Shown one piece after another: positions 25,526-34,647 of a DNA stretch of 48,221 nt. The position numbers and the translations under genes are program-made. The stretch's first letter is position 1. Each line of letters begins with the position of its first letter. The DNA comes from Octopus bimaculoides (lineage: Eukaryota): assembly GCF_001194135.2 (NCBI RefSeq), contig NC_068984.1, positions 59,351,337 to 59,399,557 on the forward strand, written 5' to 3'. The notes under the pieces were generated by a model. The model was given only the letters and a program-made list of their open reading frames with translations, ran no database searches and was not told the DNA's origin.

Positions 25526-26153
25526 CTGTCATGGTATTAGCTGTCAGAAGTGAAAGTAGAAAAATCTGACAAGGAACGTTACTGCTGGTTTGAGTTGATT
25601 CTTTGGCTACTGACAGCTAATACCATGACGAGCCGGAGCGAGCTATCTGTCTGTCTCTCTCTCTTTCTATCTATCACTCGAAAGTTATTGGAACAAATTT
25701 GACACCTATATCAATGCGTTTGAAAACACACAGAGTATAAGGGTACTACTAAAGCAGAGTGATCCCGAACGCGCAGTCGCGCGTCCGCGCTAGCTAGTCG
25801 TGAGTGGTCGATCCTATTATTTTTAAACTTCAAACTTCATTTGTTTTCTATTTTGATAAATTCTCTGTTGAAAATTATATTTTTATATTTTAAATAATTT
25901 GCAATTTCAGAAAATATATTTTTATATTAAATTTGCGTTTTCTAATTTGATAAATTCTACGGACACAAACAGAGGTGAACGAGTGATAGATAGATAGATA
26001 GATAGATAGATATAGAGAGAGAGATAGTGAAATAGACAGACAGACAGACAGAAAGCTCCGGCTAGTCAGTAGCCAAAGAATCAACTCAAACCAGCAGTAA
26101 TGTTCCTTGTCAGTTCTACTTTCAATTCTGACAGCTAATACCATGACAGTGCC
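25526..26153. mobile_element. Foldback MITE copy A (in RRM2 intron 1)
   Basis: About 85-bp terminal inverted repeats (CTGTCATGGTATTAGCTGTCAGAA...TTCTTTGGCTACTGAC versus its complement ending CCATGACAGTGCC), inverted (TCTA/TAGA)n-(CAGA)n tracts inside, AT-rich core. No TSD identified. Confidence 0.85.
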
Positions 26154-26484
26154 TAGGAATTTTCCGGAACCTCCGTATTCGAAAACGGGGATGAGCAAAA
26201 AAAAAATTACCAAAATAAACAAAATTGGGAGAAAAGTCTTTCCAGCATTTCGCCTGGCGTGCTGACGCTTCTGCCAGCTCAGGACATTTGAGTAAAGAAT
26301 TCATAAGCTAGGTATCCTGTCGTCGGCGAGATAAGACAGAAAAATATGAAAACAATATCTGGGCGGAATTCTACTTTAATCACACCCCTCATTACTTTTA
26401 TTGCTTGATAATTTCAGAAATTTTCTGTGAATTTGTGCACTACACACAAAAGCTCCCCCCGCCCCCGCCAAATGCCCTCTTCAG

Positions 26485-26599
26485 CCTAGCTTCTTTATCT
26501 GTCATGAGGGAAGGTAACGTGTGAATAACGTTGTGTACCAATAACGAAGGACTGCCAAGGTACCTTTGAAAACACTCGATTTGTTGGTGATCATTACAC
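26485..26599 (+). repeat. 115-bp dispersed repeat B, copy 1
   Basis: Colinear with 28113-28227 (CCTAGC.TCTTTA.CTGTCATGAGGGAAGG...TTGTTGGTGATC.TTACAC). Confidence 0.85.
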
Positions 26600-26889
26600 T
26601 AGAGGACTATTTAGTTGTTATTTTTAGCCCATCTCACGACCACCAGATACTCTCCTCGTTTGTCACTGACAATGGTCTACTGCTGAGATTTAAGCAAAAA
26701 ATTCACTCTATTTTGAACTGGTAAAAATAATTTCAGTCGTATGAATTCCCATGTGTAGAATACAAATACGCAAACATTTTCTGAAAATCCCCCCAAAATA
26801 AGAAGCTGGGGTTGTATGGGGTGCTTCGTCACCATCCGTTTATAGTCTCTACCAAAAACGTTTTCGAGTGATGCCAAATTTTTTTTTAT

Positions 26890-27180
26890 TTTAATCCCAC
26901 TGCATAGTACCTTGGGCAAGTGTCTTCTATAACTTCCAGCTAACCAAAGCCTTGAGTGGATCGGGTAGACGAAAAAGTGAAAGAAGCACATCTCCCCACC
27001 ATCGCTTGATAACCGATGTTGGTGTGTTTACGTCCCCGTAATTTAGTGGTTCGGCAAAAATGACCAATAGAATAAGTACGAGGCTTACAAAGAGTAAGTC
27101 ATGGGTTTGATTTCGACCAAAAAACCCTTTAAGGCGGTGCTCCAGCATGGCCGCAGTCAAATGACAAACAAGTAAAATAA
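26890..27180 (+). mobile_element. 5'-truncated tRNA-derived SINE (second family) in RRM2 intron 1
   Basis: Colinear with 28495-28765, including GATAACCGATGTTGGTGTGTTTACGTCCCCGTAA and the AAGGCGGTGCTCCAGCATGGCC tail. Confidence 0.8.
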
Positions 27181-27509
27181 AGAATATATACACACGCGCG
27201 TGCAGATATAACTACTTATATAATCATGGTAATAAAGACTTCGTCATTCGAAAATGACAATTTTAACGAAATTGTTATGTAATTGTATAAATACAAACAT
27301 AAAAATCAGAAAACAGGTCACCACTTGAGAAAAATTCTAGAACATTCGAAAATTTATTTCCAAGAGGAATTTTAAATGTGTAATACACAAGTTTGTAGTA
27401 GTTATTTAGTCATGCAATCACGAAATACGTTGAATGTATAAAAGGATGCCATAGTTCGACATCTTAAAAGGATGTATATTCAAAAAAAAAAATTTTTATG
27501 GTTAATTAC

Positions 27510-27560
27510 CTGCTGTTGACTTTCTCCGAGCACTTTTCTTTTGGAAGGTGAACGATGCAT
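27510..27560 (-). CDS. RRM2: R2 first coding exon
   Basis: ATG at 27560, CAG|GTAATT donor, 51 nt, phase 0. Encodes MHRSPSKRKVLGESQQQ; SPSK and KVLGE resemble N-termini of invertebrate R2 proteins as recalled. Lies in the CpG-rich zone. Confidence 0.75.
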
Positions 27561-27699
27561 GGGCAACTGGAAATGAGAAGAGATATGTCATCAACTCCAA
27601 GCGGTGCAAAAGATAAATGAACTTGAGAAAATATGTCCGGACAGAACACGCCGACTGATCTCTATAAAAGCCGAATCGACTATTTCAGCTTTGAGCATC

Positions 27700-27750
27700 A
27701 CATGACTTATGTCCAATAACCAACCGATTCTAAAAATTCAAAGGCGCTTT
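27700..27750 (-). promoter_or_regulatory. Candidate RRM2 proximal promoter motifs (CCAAT; GCGCC-TTTGAA CHR-like)
   Basis: CCAAT at 27713-27717 (+); minus strand reads GCGCCTTTGAA at 27747-27737; 150-190 bp upstream of the RRM2 ATG. These short motifs could occur by chance. Confidence 0.35.
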
Positions 27751-27900
27751 CTACTACATTTAAAATTTTTACTCTCGCTTCTACGTATTAGGCAAGTAAG
27801 ATGAGGTTTTTGTTAAATTCAGATTGCTAACCAAGGGCGACAAGAGGCATATGAGCTAAAATAACATATCGTTTATGAAATTTCGCATATCATGTGCAAC

Positions 27901-28031
27901 AACTACGATTATTTACATTTGACGGATATTTGTCCTCATCTTGGTTGTGTTAACAAACGAGGACAAACATCCGTCAAATGTAAATTTACATAATTCCTCA
28001 TCTCTCAAATATAGAACTGAACTACGATTAT
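27901..28031. mobile_element. Small hairpin-containing insertion flanked by 12-bp direct repeat
   Basis: AACTACGATTAT at 27901-27912 and 28020-28031. 27-bp arms 27911-27937 and 27959-27985 pair at 26/27. Confidence 0.7.
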
Positions 28032-28112
28032 GCTGGCAAATTTTTTCCAATAAATTTTTCGAAAGTACTGGCGATTCTTCGATATTGGTCGGTATGCAAA
28101 GACGTCATTCAC

Positions 28113-28227
28113 CCTAGCCTCTTTACCTGTCATGAGGGAAGGTTGCGTGTGAATAACGTCGTGTACCAATAACAAAGGACTTCTAAGCTATCTTTGAAAA
28201 CACTCAATTTGTTGGTGATCTTTACAC
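28113..28227 (+). repeat. 115-bp dispersed repeat B, copy 2
   Basis: Direct repeat of 26485-26599. Confidence 0.85.
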
Positions 28228-28443
28228 AAGATATTCAGAATACTGATCGCAAGTCGGAAAGGCACTTCGTTAATGAGGTTATTAGTGAATGGTTTGGGGC
28301 AATCTTTGTAGGCTAAACAAAATTTCGAATTTCTTTACTGAAATTATTGAAAATGAATATTAATCAGAATACTGTGCGACGGTGAAGAATAAGTTATTGA
28401 ATGGCTAAAGTAAGGACTTCGAATTTTCTTTTTTAATTTTATC

Positions 28444-28765
28444 AGGCGTGGTTGTGTGGTGAGAAGCTTGCTTCCCAACCATATAGTTCTGGGTTTAATC
28501 CCACTACGTGGCACCTTCGGTAAATATCTTATAGTATAGCCTCGAGTGGTAGACGAAAACTGAAAGTCTATTGTGTTCGCGCCCGCTGTTTGACAACCGG
28601 TGTTGGTGTTTACGTCCCCTGTAAATTAGCTGTTCGGTAAAATGTCCGATAGAATAAGTTACCAGGCTTTTTTAAAAAAAGGTACTGGGGTCGATTCAGT
28701 CGACTAAAAAAGTTAAAGACGGTGCCCCAACATGACTGGTCTAATAACAAACAAGTAAAAGATAA
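28444..28765 (+). mobile_element. tRNA-derived SINE (second family) upstream of RRM2
   Basis: GGCGTGGTTGTGTGGTGAGAAGCTTGCTTCCCAACC head; body colinear with 26890-27180 and 14294-14555. Confidence 0.8.
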
Positions 28766-28811
28766 ATATAATCTTATTTTAAACCTTCGAAAACGCATCG
28801 TTGCAAAATTT

Positions 28812-29439
28812 CAGTCATGCTTATTAGCTGTCAGAAGTGAAAGTGCTCACTGCCTGCTAGTGAAGTATCTGTCTGTCTGCCTGCATGCCTGTTGCTGGCC
28901 TGTCGATTCTTTGGCTACTGACAGCTAATACCATGACTGGCCGGAGCGAGCTATATGTCTGTCTGTCTCTCTCTATCTATCTATCACTCGAAAGTTCGCG
29001 CGTCCGCGCTAGCTAGTCGTGAGTAGAAAACACAAATTTAATATAAAAACATTTCCTGAAATTGCAAATTATTTAAAATATAAAAATATAATTTTCAACA
29101 GAGAGAATTTATCAAAATAGAAAACAAATGAAGTTTGAAGTTTAAAAATAATAGGATCGACCACTCACGACTAGCTAGCGCGGACGCGAGTACCCTTATA
29201 CTCTGTGTTTTCAAACGCATGGATATAGGTGTCAAATTTGTTCCAATAACTTTCGAGTAATAGATAGATAGATAGATAGAGAGAGACAGACAGACATATA
29301 GCTCGCTCCGGCCAGTCATGGTATTAGCTGTCAGTAGCCAAAGAATCGACAGGCCAGCAACAGGCATGCAGGCAGACAGACAGATACTTCAATAGCAGTG
29401 AGCACTTTCACTTCTGACAGCTAATAGCATGATAGTGCC
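28812..29439. mobile_element. Foldback MITE copy A' (same family, core inverted relative to copy A)
   Basis: About 180-bp inverted arms (28812-28995 vs about 29250-29430). Core 29025-29165 is the reverse complement of about 25800-25945. Right end is also ...AGTGCC. Confidence 0.85.
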
Positions 29440-31671
29440 GGAAGACACTAAACTAGTGCTTAAAACACTACGATGGAATCTGGTATTTTTTTAATACATA
29501 GCTTCAGCTCAGAGCTGCGGCCATGCTGATGCACCGCCGTTAATATATATCCAATTTGAGGACCCGCTCTAGATTTTCTTCAGCTTTTTCCTAATTTTAT
29601 ATTTTATTGAAATTTTCCAGATAAGTTTTTCCAAGGTGTGAATTCCGATTATGTTGAATTAAGAAATCTTTTATAATGCGGGGTACAAAATACACCTTTC
29701 CATTTGTATTATAGTAAGCTGAACTTTGCTTAATTGTATAAGGAAATGATCATTAGCAAGTCATTGAATGTTAAAAAAAAAAAATTTAAAAAAAAAAAAA
29801 ATCAAAGCATGAGCTTTTCTTAGTTAAGACAAAAAATTATATCGATACATCTTAATCTATACCTTCGAAAGTGATCTCAGTAAAATTTCATTAAAAAAAT
29901 ATGCATTAACAAAATCGCAGAAGATACGCGGGATTCTGCATATCTAGAATTTGGGAGATGTGGCCTTTTCTAGTTAATCAAAGATTAGTACTGCTAGGTT
30001 TAAGACTAGAAAAAACAAAATTCGGGAAATATCAGTTTTTGTTCAAGATAGATAGCATCGCATTTTTATGTAGTTCGATCCGGAGTGCTCGAGTATAAAC
30101 TTACAAAATCAAATACTCAAAAAATTACAAGTAGTATCAGGTTACAATTAAATCGAATATTTTAAAAGTAATTCTTAAATGTAACTTCTACATGAAAATT
30201 GCAGGTTCTTTACATAGGTTCTAAGAATTAAAGGAGTTCGGGCTTCAAGCATTATATAGATCATATACGAGATAATTTTAGCTTGACAAATTCAACTGCA
30301 ATAATTTTAATAAAGAACAAAAGAAGGGATTAGGAATCCGAAAAATACTTTAGAGCTGGAGAGGAAAGAAACGAATTTTCCCGCCGTAAATCGTTATCTG
30401 TTTAAGTCAAAATGCTTGCCTTAATGAAAATTGATTCAGAAAGTATATCGGATAAATAATTTGAGAACCAGAAAGTGTGATGTGAAGAAATTCTTGATCG
30501 TTAGTTACTTGTTGACTTTTGGAGGGAAACCATTTGGCGGAATTCTGGTTTGAGCACCTTATATAACCTCAACTTTTTTATTTTTTGGAATTTTCAGAAG
30601 ACTTTTGCGAATGTATCTAACACGGGAATTCATACGATTGCTACAGATTTTCTATTTTTTAATTATTTAGATTCCCCCACCCCACCGCTGTTTTCTTTTT
30701 TTTTTAAATCAGTTTAAAATATGGACAATCCAAATTTCTTGCTAGAACACAAATTCGCAAAAATTTTCGGAAAATACCAAAAAATAAATAAGTTATGAGG
30801 GTTTATATAGGGTGCTTAAAACAAGAACTCCGTTGAAACCATTTCCTGCAAGCCTTTATGTGCTCTTATATGTTTTATTTTGTAACTGCAGGTCTTGCCT
30901 CGATTCCACAAGAAGCTTGAAATTATCTACTTAATTTAAAAGGAAATTATATAAGTTGATTACAAATTTCAGGTTTCCTCTAAAATCCTCCAACTCAACA
31001 CTATTTTTCCTAAGATATAAAAAAAACCCAGAACTGTGAACCTGTAAAAAGAAAAAGAGAAACAATTGAAAATGCAGAATAGGAAATATACTAAATTAAA
31101 AATAAAATAATATATACCTGGTTCTCGTCGTTTATGCTCATCTTGCAAAGGACAGGTTCTAAGCTCATTGTGATGGTAGAGAAACGGCAATACGGAAAAA
31201 ATATACAGATAATTAGAGAAATTGGAATGGATAATGAAATTTAAAAGTGATTTCGTGATAGATATTCGAATTATCAAAAATAAAGAGAAAGATTAAAATG
31301 CCGAAATAAGTGAAGGGGATTGGAAAATAACAGAGAAGTGAGCTAAGTGAATGATCAGTGATATTAGACGGCTAGAGAGAAAATGCGAGGTCGGTAACAC
31401 TTAGCGATTTAATATAACCGCGGTTACTGGCGATTCGGCGCCTAAATTTAAGAAGCACCCAATCGGAGAGGAGATGCCAGCACTTAATAAACAACTCGCA
31501 AAAAAATAAACAATATCCTTTATAAACAGGATGGAAAATTACCCATTAAATATTAATAATAATAATAATAATAATAGTAAACACAAAAAAAATTAAGATT
31601 TAGTTTATATTAGCATCACAAACAAGTCGACGCCAATTCAAATTAGTTGTTTTGAACACGCCTCTGAATCG

Positions 31672-31685
31672 GTTGCTCTAGCAAC
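31672..31685. promoter_or_regulatory. RFX X-box (GTTGCT-CT-AGCAAC)
   Basis: Two perfectly inverted 6-bp half-sites with a 2-nt spacer, fitting the RFX consensus GTNRCY-N0-3-RGYAAC. Lies 186 bp upstream of the putative STPG1 ATG. Confidence 0.75.
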
Positions 31686-31870
31686 GATGTTATGATATTA
31701 CTACACAATTTCTTTCGTAACGCATAACGATTTTAACAAATATTTGGCGCAAACTGAAGTAAACATTTTGTATGGCATAATACTCTTATTGCTTACTATA
31801 TGAGTAGTTACCGTGTAAATTACTCTTCAAATTACGCTTCTAAAAGCAAATTTACAAATATAACGGAAAC

Positions 31871-31931
31871 ATGCAAAAAACAATGGACAAGGTGTTGAAA
31901 GATCGCAAAAATGCTCTTGGCAAGGTAAAAG
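31871..31931 (+). CDS. STPG1: Putative first coding exon of STPG1-like gene
   Basis: ATG at 31871 (aaacATG), AAG|GTAATT donor at 31932, phase 1, matching the phase-1 acceptor at 42819. Encodes MQKTMDKVLKDRKNALGKVK(G). X-box 186 bp upstream. No homology support for this exon itself. Confidence 0.6.
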
Positions 31932-32991
31932 GTAATTGGACTAGTTATACACAAATATACGCACATATGGATGTATACATACGTGTGTGTAGAAATGAAG
32001 TGGCGTTATTAAATGTTGCGGTCATTTTTGTTTTTTTTTAATGTGTATTAAAGCATTTTAACCCTACTAAAATCTTATAGAAAATTATATTCCCCATGCA
32101 GTATATACATTTAACATCATGAGTGTATAGGTAGACATAAGTATATTTGTGTGCGTGTGTGTATATTTATAACTTCATTACGCAGAAACGACGCCTTGGG
32201 TTTATAAAATCTTTCAGAAAGACAATAACGCCTGCCCTAATCTGACTTGAAATCAGTTCACTGCAGAGGCCAATTGTTTAATTATTATTGATTTAATTGG
32301 CTTTTAATATACAACTGGTATTGTTTTATCAATCCCGCTAGAATTTGAATATTCTGTTTGGTGCCCCACTTATACAGCTTGGCCATTATTTTATATATGG
32401 AATTGAAACTGGTTGTGGAGTGGAAGATATTAGCTCACGTAGAGACTGAGGAGGTCAATAGTGGTGTGCATAGGACAGTCTTAACCGCATTATAGCACCC
32501 CACTCTCGCTCAAAGCAATGCTATGGGCCTCCTATACACAGCATGCATATTTTAGCATTGGGTCCCTAGCCCGAAGAGCACCACCACCATAGGAAAGTGC
32601 ACCAGTGTGTCCCTGCCTTATGTACAGCACTGGATGTATATAAGTAAGGATATCCCAGTTGTCCGAGATGGAAGTGAAGAAAGGTCAAAATAAGCTTTAT
32701 TCGAAAATTAATCAAAATGGTCAGTTCGAAATGTGTGTGCTTTTTCGGATGTATGATATATTGACGTTTATGAATGTGTTGAAACATCATATATTTCGGG
32801 ATGGTAATTTTTTTTTTCTTTTGCCAAATAAACACGCACTATATATTCGTTCTTCACTCATTTAATAAAGAACAAAAGAAGGGATTACTGTTCTTATTCT
32901 ATCTTATGTCCATTGTCCGGAAATCTTTCGTCACATAGAAAATATGATTAGTACTGCTTCAAAGCTTGTCTATCGGGAACCAAACTTTTTC

Positions 32992-33082
32992 GGCGAAGGT
33001 AAAGAATACGCACACCCGGTGTCATGGTTTTGGGTTAGGGTTGCACCGAGGTCGGGTGGTATGCGTACTCTTTACCTCCGCC
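32992..33082. mobile_element. 91-bp micro-MITE, GG-terminal TIRs, 8-bp TSD (Merlin-like)
   Basis: TSD ACTTTTTC at 32984-32991 and 33083-33090. 25-bp TIR GGCGAAGGTAAAGAATACGCACACC pairs at 22/25. Loop contains GGGTTAGGGTT. Confidence 0.85.
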
Positions 33083-34561
33083 ACTTTTTCAGCATGCGTG
33101 TGTTTAGCAGTCAGAGAGGCCTTTGTTCTCTTAAACTTTCTGCCTTAATAGACCGTAAATATATTGGCAACAATAAATTCAAAGTTTACAAATTTAGTTC
33201 AGTTCGTATGCTGTGAGATGAAAATTAGTTCTAATTTACTTTATATCCCAGTAAAACTTAACTACTGCTTTATTGATACTAATATCTAAATTTAAAGGGA
33301 AGATTTCTACCTTTAATATATAGACTATCAAATATTTCACTGCTACTTTGTTTATCGGCCCAGGAGGATGAAGGGCAAAATTAACTTAGCGGAATTTGAG
33401 GTCACAACTTAAACGTCTCCATAGCATTTTGTCTGACACAATTCTGCTATCAATTATTAGTACATTTGGTACCCCTTATTGTTACCTTTGTTGTGGTGTG
33501 GGTAAAAGCCCCTGGCCCCACATTTGTATGTCATCACTGGTGTCAATAAATATTTTAATTTCTGAAGTCGTCATTCGTTTATACCACTCCTTTGCAGTTT
33601 TCCGTCAAAAATGTCTTCATGTTACCACTAGACTTGAAACACCTTCAACAAGCTATCAATATTGAGTCAAAGGAGAAGCCCCAGCGTGGTCACTCTACCT
33701 TTGGAAATAGCTGATAAAATCTCTCACGCTTTACCGTTTTAAAAAAAGGGTACATTGGATAAAGTCTGAGACGCACATACACTAATGATTGTAAACTAAA
33801 CAACCTCGTCATGAATGAAACGCTTTTGATTGAAATCCCGCCCGATCAGGTTACACATGAAGTTTAACAATAATCCGTTGATGTATTGCTCTATTTATTA
33901 TAATTTCCGAAAAACAAGCGGCACGCTACAGAGGTGTCAGGAGATGCCGGTGATAGTCTTGCTATCGCCTCTGGTGATGCCGCGAGCTTGTTAGTGTACG
34001 ACTAATTGAGGCACTTAGTGTTGAAATGGTGTGCTTTTTCCGCTTTTTTCTTTTCCTTTCTTCGCTCATGTTTGTGTTTTCTTTGGTTTGGGATTTGCAT
34101 CACATACATACGTGTTATGTATGTTATTATTATTTCTGCTAATAATAAAAAACTGTTCAGTTGTTCTTAGATTGATTTCAAACACAGGCACAGTCACAAT
34201 TATTAGGCATATGGAGTATATAGTCCAGTACATGAAAATATATCACTGCTGGATCAAAAGCGCGGCAAACTACAGAATATCTCACTATAAAAAAAAAATG
34301 ATTGTTCACTCTTGACATTCAATTGTTTTCTTTTTTTTTCAAAACCCTGGGGCATATAAATAAATAATATTAGGAAAACAGATTTTTTAGCAAAATATCA
34401 ATAGTTTAATGCGCTCGATTATTTAAAGTAATTGTTCGTTTCAGTTTGAAAATTTAGGAGAGGTATTTCTATTTTGATTTTCATACAATAAAATATATTT
34501 TGCAACTTACGGCTGAATAATATTTGCTACAGGTGTCTTTTTGAAAAAGGTTAAAATTCTT

Positions 34562-34647
34562 GGTAATTTTTCAGATTAACACCCGCACGATTTTCACTGG
34601 GGTGTTAGGGTTAGGTAATCGTGCGGGTGTTAATCTGAAAAATTACC
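34562..34647. mobile_element. 86-bp micro-MITE, perfect 31-bp GG-terminal TIRs, 8-bp TSD (Merlin-like)
   Basis: TSD AAATTCTT at 34554-34561 and 34648-34655. TIR GGTAATTTTTCAGATTAACACCCGCACGATT is perfectly inverted. The 24-nt loop contains GTTAGGGTTAGG. Confidence 0.9.

Noticed and set aside
26150-26470. Faint similarity to 30535-30690 (GGCGGAATTCT...AATTTCAGAA...C-rich end)
   Set aside because: Too degenerate to align by eye; needs a computed alignment before any claim.
27555-27568. Possible second X-box overlapping the RRM2 start codon (minus strand GTTGCCCATGCATC)
   Set aside because: Only one good half-site, and the sequence is constrained by the ATG; too weak.
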